The notes under the pieces were generated by a model. It was not told the DNA's origin and searched no databases. It worked only from the letters and a program-made list of their open reading frames with translations. A stretch of 64,000 nucleotides of DNA, from NCBI GenBank assembly GCA_951406725.2, contig OX597823.1, positions 70,432,001 through 70,496,000 on the forward strand, written 5' to 3'. Numbering within the stretch: the first letter of the stretch is position 1; every line of letters starts with the position of its first letter. This document shows positions 37,301-49,200 of this stretch, piece after piece. Origin of the DNA: Octopus vulgaris (Eukaryota). Position numbers and translations under genes: made by a program.

Positions 37301-40300
37301 TTTGATAAGAATTTGTGCACACGTTCTTGATAAGCTTCTTTCAAGATTCTTCTATGGATCTGCCTTCAGCTTTGATGACTGCTTATTCGTCGGACCAGAA
37401 TCATTACTGTGCCTGTGCTAAAAGCTCCTTATTCGTTTCAGACATCACTTAGACAACGAAGGTATGAAATTGTGTGGGTGTTGATTAAACTGCCTTCAGA
37501 CTGCATGACTTATCAGTTTTTATATTAGCATTTAATCTGTCATGAGAGTAGATAAAATGCTAACATATTTGAAGAGAGCAATACATCTGTATTTAAATGT
37601 CCTCAAATTCTCTCTGTATATATATGCATTTCTATGCATATATCTGAATACACACACATTCACACACGCATATATACACATACAAATGTATATGTACATA
37701 CACATATGCACACACAATAAAAACAGCTGAATGGGTTATCAAGTCTTGCTACAATTGTTTTGTTAAGAGTTTTTATAATGAAGTAAGCAGAATATAGTCA
37801 GGTATGCAGTATGCTCAACATCCATAAGATTATATAATATGTTGTGTAACTCCAGTCCATCAGGCTACCAACTACCAAATATGTATATGTGTGTGTGTGC
37901 ATGTGTATGTGTGTTATGTATTGTATTATATTTTGCTTGGATATAACAAGTTGTTGTGGAGGCACAATGGCCCAGTGGATCGTGGTTTCGATTCCCAGAC
38001 CGGGTGTTGTGTGTGTTTATTGAGTGAAAACACCGAAAAGCTCCACAAGGTTCCGGCAGGGGGGTGGGGGTGGCAACCCCTGTTGTACTCTTTCGCCCCA
38101 ACTTTCTCTCACTCTCTCTTCCTGTTTCTTGAGTAACGCTGCGATGGACTGGCGTCCTGTCCAGCTGGAGGGAACACATGCCACAGAAACTGGGAAACCA
38201 AGCCCATGAGCCTGGCTAGGCTTGAAAAGGGCAACGTTAGAATTCAATATACTTATGCTTTAGAGTTGTGTTTCTCAGCCATGTGTTGCTTATGGACTCC
38301 TTTCATGCATCTTTTTCTCAATGTCTAAAAACTCTTGTTAGGAATTACAGTAATTCCTCAACTATTGTGGCTGTTACATTCCAAAATCTCCTGTGATAGG
38401 GGAAAATCTGTGAAGTAGAAACAATACTTTACTCTTTTTTTTTTTAACTCATTTCAGCCATTCAGCCGTGGTCATGCTGGAGCACCACTGTATTGTATAT
38501 TTTTTTAATGATTTGTAAATATTTATTTTATCATAAATGCAAAACAACACCACGGAGAAATTGACGTAAGCTTAAATAATAAACTGTGATAGGTGAACCA
38601 TGATATGGCGAGGGATTACTGTATATTAAAAAGTGTTAAAATTTTTTTATGCACTGTAGAAATATAACCAGTTTATTGCACATAAATTTTGACAGCAAAA
38701 TCTTAAATGGACACACCACAAGGGCCATATGGACCCAGGTTGAGGACCACTGCTTTAGATTCAACCATCTCTTCAAATGTGTCAGCATTTTATCTACTCA
38801 CATGACAGATAAAATGCTAATATAAAAACAGATAAAGTAAGCGTGATATGTGACAGATTTTACTAGAGCAATATATACTATGAGCTCATTGGAAATAAAT
38901 TCTCTAGTAGTTGATAGCTTTTCTATGAGAAGTGGTTGCTTTAAATGGAAAGAAGGGGTTGAATCTTTTCTCTAAAAGTGAAGGGTAGATTGTATGATGT
39001 TTGCGTTATAACTGTGATGCAGCATAATAGTGATACATGGGCCATGGATGCAGAGAACTTGAGAAGACTAAAAGGAAATGAAGTTTACATGCCTCACTAG
39101 ATGTGTAATATAAGTGCGCATAAATGACAAAATATTGGGTTGTCCGGAAAGTTCATGCCAATTTATAGTAGTTTACCTTTCGACTTATTTTAGAACATGG
39201 TTGAGTCCATAAAATAGGATTTGACTACACCTCCATTTAGAGCACAGTTTAAGCTATCTTTTCGTGGAAGGTTTATATTCCTATAACCTGTGTTAATTCT
39301 GTAACCCTTTAAAATGGAAGATAAGAAAGTTCATTTTCGGCACTTGATGATTTAGGAACCAGACAAAAATTGCTGCAGCTCGGCTGGGATGTGCTACCCC
39401 ACCCTTCATATTCACCAGATATTGCTCCTTCGAATTTCCACTTATTCAGGTCTCTGCAGAATAGTCTTAATGGTAAAAATTTCAATTCCTTGGATGACAT
39501 AAGATACCTTGATGAATTCTTTGCCATGAAACCACCTCAATTCTGGGAAGAGGGTATTTTCAAGTTAAAGGAAAGATGGAGACGCATTGTGCAACAAAAT
39601 GGTTCATATTTGGTTGATTAAAAATGCAATGGCAAGTATTTATTGACCTTTTTCTTTCTGTTAGAAATTGGCATGAACTTTCCGGACAACCCAATACAGA
39701 TGTATTGTGAGAAAAATTAAGCATAAGAGGAATCCATTGTAGTGTGCAAGCAAGAAGATTGCATTACTCTGCACATGTGATGTGTATAGATGAGGGAAGC
39801 TATATAAAGAAGTGTCAATCACATAATGTGAACAGAACTTGTGGAAGTCAGTGACCCAAGAAGATGTGAAATAAAGTAGTGAAGGCTGATATCAGGATCT
39901 TGAACTTCATGGAGATGACAAAGGATCAGAATGACTGGCAATATGCAGATCTCAAGAAAAACCACCCCTCTGGGTAAAATTGAGATTCTAGAAACACATC
40001 ATCATCATCATCATTTAACATCCGCTTTCTATGCTAGCATGGGTTGGCGATTTGACTGAGGACTGGCGAACCTGATGGCTGCACCAGGCTCCAATCTTGA
40101 TCTGGCAGAGTTTCTACAGCTGGATGCCCTTCCTAATGCCAACCACTCCGAGAATGTAGTGGGTGCTTTTACGTGCCACCGGCACAAGGGCCAGTTGAGC
40201 GGTACTGGCAATGGCCATGAAAAAATCGTGTTTTTTTTACATGTCATCTGCACACCGGCACAAGTGCCAGTAAGGCAACGCTGGTAACAATCACACTCGA

Positions 40301-42013
40301 ATGGTGCTTTTTACGTGCCACTGGCATGAACGCCAGTTAGCCACTCTGGCAATGATCACAATTTATATATATCAGTTATCTTTCAATCCACTTGGTATCC
40401 TTCCTTCATTCTTAATACTGCCTCTCTTCACACACATTTTACATTGATCACCCTTCTGTACCATCAAATCATCTCTCCTTTTACCCCAGTAAGCATCTCT
40501 CACCCTCCCCATGCATTCTGTCTGCTTCACTCTCCTCACACTCATGCAACCTGCTTACCCACATGTCATCTCTCTTTCATATTTACCCTCTCTACTGTAT
40601 CATTATTACTATTCTGCTGCTCATCACCCCTTTCTGTACAGTCAGTCATCATTTACTCTCTGTTATTCCCAACACCCTAAATTGATATATATCATTGATC
40701 ACCAAACCATCTTATCCACCATTCACTACATGTACCCCTCATCCCTACCCAGTTTCTGTAGCTATCATCTACTCTTCTCTACCTTCCCTCCAATATATAA
40801 TTATCTTCCATCATTACTTGTCCTTCATTCATTATTTTCACCCTCTTTCTTATTCCCATCTCTAAGCATCCCTTACTTTTCCTATTTGCTCTTGCAGTCT
40901 CTACCCATCCACATTGCCTTGTTTTGTCCCCACTCACATTTACTCATCTTGTATCTTCAGGATGACACCTCATCATCACCATTTTACCTCTCTTTCCAAT
41001 CTCACCCTGTCTTCTATAATATGAAAAGCCATATATCTCCTCTATAGCAAGAAATCTGTTTTGTTCTCATATTTTCACCTCTCATCTCGTAGCATAAATT
41101 CACCTCCTTCTCTACTGTACCACTGGCAGGAGAAAACTGCCAGACAGTGCCTTCACATGCAGTTGATACAGCTGTTACTGTTATTCTCATATAGGCTTCT
41201 ACTACCTTATCCTCAGCCAATTAGGCCTCATGCCTATGTTAGAAATTATTATTACTTCATTTATCTCTTGGCTTGGCATCACGTCTGTTGCACACTTGTT
41301 GATGCCCAACAAGTTCAATTCTGCATGACCGTAGAAGCTGCATGGGAAAGTAGGTGATCAGGGTTTGTTGTAGCGACCTTGTTTTCCCTCTTAGCTGCAG
41401 CTATGGTCCTGTGGATGTCTTCAGAGGAGTCTATTGCTCAGTGGACAGTGGGACATCAGGCTTCATGGTCAGCAGCAAGAGTAGAACTCAGGTGGGGATT
41501 AGTGTGATAGGCACCCAGGGGATTTCTTTAGGAAGTCCTTGTACCTCTTCTTTGGTGCTCCTCTATCATGGTAACTTCAGGAGAGTTGGGGGTAGACACA
41601 CTGAAGGGAGTGGCATGTTGCTTCTTTTAGATGGGAAGGTGCTTAGAGATGATGCAGTCAGAGTGACTTGTTGGAAGGTTTACTGGCTTGGAGGTAATGG
41701 AATTTCTGACTATGAAGCTGATATTGGAAAGATATCTTTTGGCTTGAGGTTTGCTGGACCAGTAGGGAGTGTAGACTGTGCTGTGTCAGTGGAGGCACAT
41801 GGCTAAGTGGTTAGGGTGTTGGATTCATGATCGTAAGATTGTGGTTTCGATTCCTGGACCAGTGTGTGGTAAGTAGCTTGCTTACGAACCACATGGTTCT
41901 GGGTTCAGCTCCACTGTGTGGCACCTTGGGTAAGTGTCATCTACTATAGCCTCAGGCCGACCAAAGCCTTGTGAGTGGATTTGGTAGACGGAAACTGAAA
42001 GAAGCCTATCGTA

Positions 42014-42078
<65 letters not shown>

Positions 42079-43635
42079 GTATATGTTTGTGTGCCTGTGT
42101 TTGTCTCCCCAGCATCGCTTGACAACCGATGCTGGTGTGTTTACGTCCCCGTAACTTAGCGGTTCGGCAAAAGAGTACTTTCAGAAGTACTAGGCTTACA
42201 AAGAATAAGTCCTGGGGTCTATTTGCTCGACTAAAGGCGGTGCTCCAGCATGGTCACAGTCAAATGACTGAAACAAGTTAAGAGTAAAGAGTATATTTAA
42301 TTTTCAAATTTGGGGGACAGGAACGTATTTTTTATCATTTTCAAATTATTTCAAACCACCACTCCCATCACTACAACATGCCACCATTGGGTAATCCCAA
42401 TATAATTAATAGATATTTTCCTATTTATTTCATTTTGGATCTGTCTGACAGTTTCTGGAAAATATCAGTTTCAAATTTTGGTACAAAGACCAGCGATTTT
42501 GGGAAAGAGGAGAGAGGATAAATCTCACATCAATCCTAGTGTTCAACTAGTACTTATTTTGTCGACCCCCGCAAGGACGAAAGACAAAGTCAACCCCGGC
42601 GGTATTTGAAACCAGAACGTAAAAACGAACGAAACGTCGCTAGGCATTTTGCTCCGTGTGCTAACGGTTCTGCCAGCACGACTGACAGTAAAACATTTGA
42701 TTTTTATGTATGAGATGAGTTGCCTCCCTTGTATCGTTATTAGCATGAAGGACTTATTTAATTGTAATTTCTTCTTTGGTTTGATTTTTGACACTTTAAT
42801 TCCAAAATTTCTTTGTTCCCTACAAATTTGGTGTTTTTTTTTTAATTGTATTTCGATGTGGCTTAGTGGAGATCTGCAATTCCTATATTCTATACCATTC
42901 TTGATGCGTAAATAATACGAAGGAAAATAAGATATCACACTTCTTAAGACATTTAGTCAAAACTATTGAAGTGTGAGAGTTTAAATAAAAAAAAAATATC
43001 GATATGTCTGTGTGTATGCAGGCATGCGCACGCACGTGCGTCTTTGAATTGGTACTTAAGCACCGGAAAAGTACATCTGTGGAATTTAAGAGCTCATTTC
43101 TTTAAAATAATGTTGAATTTCAATATTTCATTACCTCAATGCAATAACCAAAGCAGGATTAAATCTACATAGGGTTAAAACTGGTTAAAATGAATGTTCA
43201 GAGCTGAATATCTGAAAGGAACAAAAAACACCTTTGCTGTTATGAAAATAACATAGAAAGAGAATACAAAAGGGATCTTTTCACTTTGACATGCAGATTT
43301 AAAAAATCATTTCTTTGTAACTAAACACTTTTAAACTTCGTACACTGGTAGAATGTGTTACATAAAACATCTTTTTCTCTTGGCTTTCTTGAGAAAATTC
43401 TGTAGTTTGTAAGCTAATTTGTTGTTAAATGTCTTGCATTTCGGCAAATTTTCTCAAGAAAGTCAAGAGAAAAAGATGTTTTATGTAACACATTCTACCA
43501 GCATACGAAGTTTAAAAGTGTTTAGTTACAAAGAAATAATTTTTAAAATCTGCCGGTCAAAGTGAAAAGATCCCAAACATACCTGCACTTATGTTGATAA
43601 TTGGCCCCAAGACACAACTTAGCTTGAAAAATAAT

Positions 43636-43670
<35 letters not shown>

Positions 43671-45502
43671 GAAAGAAAACCATTAAAACATGTTATTGAA
43701 ATTTATTAAAGAAAGCTTTTTGGCTGCGCTGCTTTGGTCAATTGATGCAGATGGATGCTGACAGCTCCATAAAGAAGTATCAGTCTCTCAAAGTTGATGG
43801 AACACATGGAAGAGGGAAACCCATGTAAACATGAGATGAAGTACTGAATGATGACCTCTGGATGACAAAGGACTGAGATACCTGGCCCCTTATTGTGCAC
43901 AAGAAGACCCATCCTCCACAGCAGAAGTGTTAAGGTCATTGCAAGAGCCCTGTGCCAGTGTCACTTAAAAGGCACTTCTGCTGGTGCCATGTAGAAGCGC
44001 TCGTGCAGTGCCCCGTTAAAAGCACCCAGTACACTCTGTAAAGTGGTTGGCATTAGGAAGGGCATCCAGCCATAGAAACTAAGCCAATTCAGACTAGAGC
44101 TTGGCGCAGCTCTATCTTTACGTTCTGAGTTCAAATGCTGCTGGGGTTGACTTTGCCTTTCATCCTTTAGAGGTCGATAAAATAAGTACCAGTTGAATAC
44201 TGGGGTTGCTATAATCGACTTACCCCCACCCCTGAAACTGTTGTTGGCCTTGTTGCCAAAATTCGAAACCAGTATATATATTTGAATATGGGGACATATG
44301 TGTATGTGCACATGGATGTATACATTTTAAGACAATAGTGGAGGCGCGTGGCTTAGTGGTTAGGGTGTCAGCATCATGATCGTAAGATTGTGGTTTCGAT
44401 TCTTGGACCAGGCTACGCATTGTGTTCTTGAGCAAAACACTTCATTTCACGTTGCTCTAGTCCACTCAGCTGGCAAAAATGAGTAACGTTGCGATGGACT
44501 GGCGTCCTGTCCAACTGGGGAACACATACATCTGGCGGCGAGCTGGTAGACACGTTAGCGCGCCGGGCGAAATGCTTAGCGGTATTTCGTCTGTCGTTAC
44601 GTTCTGAGTTGAAATTCCGCCGAGGTCGACTTTGCCTTTCATTCTTTCGGGGTCGATAAATTAAGTACCAGTTTCGCACTGGGGTCGATGTAATCGACTT
44701 TGTTTGTCCCCTCCATGTTTAGCCCCTTGTGGGCAATAAAGAAATATATACATTTTAAGACAAGCCAAAGGAGATAACTCTACAACCGTAGAGTTCTGTC
44801 CCTTCAGCAATGTATGCATATATTTTATAGTTCATTTCTTTTATAGGCACAAAAAAAAAAATGTTCTATCTGCATATATGAATTGTTTCTAGTGAAGGAG
44901 GGAATAGTTTCTTGGTGATATGCTTGATTTTTTAAAATAAATTCACGGTTTCAGACCAATCTGATGATAAATATTCAGCTTTGTGACATTCTGTTAAAGG
45001 GTTGAATCATGGAACTGGTAGCACACAGATCTAGATTAAATATGAAATGTATTTATTTTGAACTAGCGGTATCGTCTGGCGTTGCTTGGGTTTGTTTCGA
45101 TCCTTTAGAATTGGAATTTTTGAAAAATAAAAATTTTGCATTATGTAGCTTGTTATTCTCTTTAAGTGAACATTTTTCTGGTTGAAATACACTGCAAAAT
45201 GGTGACATAGCAGTAAAAAAATCGTTAAAAATAGGGATTTTCATAGAAAAAAAACACCTTTTTGATGTAAATAATTTTTGGTGTTAACATGGTTCGATTT
45301 GAATTTTTTTCTTCTACGGAAGGAAGAGCAAGTCTTCTTCTATCAAACTCTCAATTTTGGTCAACTTGCGTGTGCAGGTTCTCGGAGGAGATAGTGTTAG
45401 TTGAAGGCTACCAAAACTGCCATACACAGACAACTTCAGCTTTATATATATAGAGATTAGACATCTTATAGTGTGTGTGTATAATATGTGTGTATACACA
45501 TG

Positions 45503-45535
<33 letters not shown>

Positions 45536-46201
45536 TGTTACTCAGAAAGGCTACTAAATATGGAGAATACATGAGAGAAAGAGAGTCTTCTCAATGTTGA
45601 CCCAACATAGGGACCAGCTATTGTAGTTGACAGTAGTATGATAGATGTAAAATAATTAAGGATATGAAAGCAGGGAAAGCCCCTGGACCACCAGGAATTT
45701 AACTGAGATGCTTAAAATGCATTGTGGAATAGGATATGGCCTAGTCACCTGTATAATTAATCAAGTTGTACAGAAAGGGAACATATCTATCGAATCACAT
45801 AGCAGCATTATCCTCAATTACTACAAGGTTAAAGGAAATGCCTTTGATAGAAGTAATAATGGAATTAACAAACCGCCAGACATGATTAGCAGTGGAAGAA
45901 ATGTTCTGAAAGTATAGTCACTGGAATAAGAATAGGCTGGTGAATGTTTAGAGAGTTATTACCTCACTTGGTAACAAAAGCGATGGCGGCGGAGGTAGTG
46001 GTGGTGGTTTCATTTTCCTTACTCTTTTACTCTTTTACTTGTTTCAGTCATTTGACTACGGCCATGCCGGGGCACCGCCTTTAGTCGAGCAAATCGACCC
46101 CAGGACTTATTCTTTGTAAGCCTAGTACTTATTCTATCGGTCTCTTATTGTTGTCAAGCGATTTTGGGGGAGACAAACACAGACACACAAACATATACAC
46201 A

Positions 46202-46266
<65 letters not shown>

Positions 46267-49200
46267 GACAGGCTTCTTTCAGTTTCCGTCTACCAAATCC
46301 ACTCACAAGGCTTTGGTCGACCCGGGGCTATGGTAGAAGACACTTGCCCAAGGTGCTATGCAGTGGGACTGAACCCGGAACCATGTGGTTGGTAAGCAAG
46401 CTACCTATCACACGGCCACTCCTTGGTCATAGTTATAACATCAACAACTTGCTTATTACAAAATATGCTTTGCACCATCATTCTTCCAAGTTCATGTACC
46501 TCATCAGTTTCCATAGCTTGCAAACCAATCTCATCCTACATAATCAATAAAAGTAAGATGCCACATGTGTTTACAACCAATGCATCTACAAATGATATAG
46601 TTTGCACTGAAAAATGTTGACCCATGCAAGCATAGAAAAGTGGATGTTAAGTAATAATAATAATGATGGTTTTAAATTTTGCCACAAAGGCAGCAATTTT
46701 TTGGGGAGGAGGAGATGAGTCAATTGCATTAACCCCAGGGTTCAAATGGTACTTATTTTATATCGACCCTGAAAGGATGAAAGGTAAAGTCGACCTTGGT
46801 GGAATTTGAACTCAGTACATAACAATGGGCAAAATACCTATTTCTTTACTACCCACAAGGGGCTAAACACAGAGGGGACAAACAAGGACGAACAAACGGA
46901 TTAAGTCGATTATATCAACCTCAGTGCGTAACTGGTACTTAATTTATCGACCCCGAAAGGATGAAAGGCAAAGTCGACCTCGGCGGAATTTGAACTCAGA
47001 ATGTAACGGCAGACGAAATACCGCTAAGCATTTCGCCCGGCGTGCTAACGTTTCTGCCAGCTAAATATTTCATCCAGTGCACTAATGATTCTGCCAGCTC
47101 ACTGCCTTCCAAGTAATAATAATGATGATGATGATGATTATTCTATGTGTGTGTGTATGTGTGAATGCATGCATGTGTGTGTGTGTGAGTGTGTGTGTAT
47201 GCATCCCTGTGTGTATGTGTGGAGGCGCAATGGCCCAGTGGTTAGGGCAGCGGACTCGCGTTCATAGGATCACGGTTTCGATTCCCAGACCGGGCGTTGT
47301 GAGTGTTTATTGAGCGAAAACACCTAAAAGCTCCACGAGGCTCCGGCAGGGGGTGGTGGTGATCCCTGCTGTACTCTTTCATCACAACTTTCTCTCACTC
47401 TTTCTTCCTGTTTCTGTTGTACCTGTACTTCAAAGGGCCGGCTGAATATCCCCGAGAACTACGTTAAGGGTACACGTGTCTGTGGAGTGCTCAGCCACTT
47501 ACACGTTAATTTCACAAGCAAGCTGTTCCGTTGATTCGGATCAACTGGAACCCTCGTTGTCGTAACCGACGGAGTGCTTCCACAGTGTGTATGTATATGT
47601 TTATGTGTGAATGTGCTTACATATATTGTTATGCCTACTGAATTCATTTATGTTAGCACATATAAAGATATGCTTAATCTTTAAAATTTTTCCTTGTGTG
47701 CTAGGTTCCGGAAACCTCTAGAAGAGATTAGTTTTGATAGTGACATTGTAACTTGCTTCAGTGATGAAATCCAGCTCTCCGTTGAAGATTACAAAAAGAA
47801 GTTATATGAGGTAACTGTTAAGCATTATTTCATTTGTATTTCATGCCTTTTCCCTTTTTGGTATGCGTGTACAGTTGTCACCTATCTCCTTTACTTACCA
47901 CCCTGAAATTTCCTGTTTTGTCCACTGTTCTGACTACCAGCTTCTGTTAATAGAAATTTCTCTTCTAATTTAACAACTCATCATCATCATCATCATCATT
48001 GTTTAACGTCCGCTTTCCATGCTAGCATGGGTTGGATGATTTGACTGAGGACTGACGAACCAGATGGCTGCACCAGACTCCATCTGATCTGGCAGAGTTT
48101 CTACAGCTGGATACCCTTCCTAATGCCGACCACTCCGAGAGTGTAGTGGGTACTTTTATGTGCCACCGGCACGAGGGCCAGTCAGGCGGTACTGGCAATG
48201 ACCATGCTCAAATGGTGCTTTTTATGTGCCACCTGCACAGGAGCCAGTCAAGTGGCACTGGCAATGATCTCGCTCGAATGCTTTTTCACGTGCCACCAGC
48301 ACAAGTGCCAGTAAGGCGACGCTGGTATTGATCACGCTCGAATGGTGCTTTTTATGTGCCACCAGCATGGAAGCCAGTTAGCTGCTCTGGCAACGATCAT
48401 GCTCGTATGGTCCTCTTAGCGCTCCAGTAGCACGGATGCCAGTCATCGAATTTGATTTCAAATTTTTGGCACAAGGCCAGCAATTTCAGAGGAAGGGTTA
48501 AGTTGATTACATTGACCTTTGCACTCAACTGGTACTTATTTTATCGACACCCCCGAAAGGAAGAAAGGCAAAGTTGACCTTGATGGAATTAGAACTCAGA
48601 AAGGATCTACAGACGTTGGGGACTCACAGAGGGGATGACAGGGGACAGAGACTCCTGGCAGCTTGCTGTGCTTGAAAAGACACATCAAGTTAAGTAAAAT
48701 CATGCTTGTCCTTGCATAAAGGCTTGTCTCCTGCATCTCTCTCCAGCTGAGCATTCCTAATCTTGTGGACTTGTAGGTGCAAGTGTCACACAAAAAGCAC
48801 CTGTACTGGTGCCACATAAATCCACCTGTGCCAGTGCCGCAGGAAAACACAGACTACACTCTGTAAAGTGGTTGGCGTTAGGAAGGGCATCCAACCATAG
48901 AAACCATGCCAAAACAGACATGTGGAACCTGAGTGGGTCTTCAGCTTGCCACCTCCTCTCAGATTGTTCAATCCATGTCAGCATGGAAAATGGATGTTAA
49001 AGGATGATGATGATGAATGTAAAGATGGAGAAAATGCTGGTAAATATTTTGTCCGGCATGCTAATGATTTGGCCAATTTAATCATATAAAAGAAAACATA
49101 TATCCTACACTTAATACTCTCCAGCAAGTACTCACTTCATGATCTATTACTTGTTGCTGAAAAAAAATCTTTAAAACTCCACAAATTACAAGAAGGCCTA

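Noticed and set aside
40444-41806. Long ORFs of 178 and 150 aa
   Set aside because: Pyrimidine-rich low-complexity sequence and the antisense frame of a LINE fragment.
47221-47295. tRNA gene
   Set aside because: The A/B boxes belong to a SINE head that continues into a shared repeat body; there is no proper cloverleaf.
48140-48450. CRISPR-like periodic repeats (GGTGCTTTTTATGTGCCACC every ~60 bp)
   Set aside because: The spacers are homologous to each other; these are the internal tandem units of SINE family B in a eukaryotic intron, with no cas genes.
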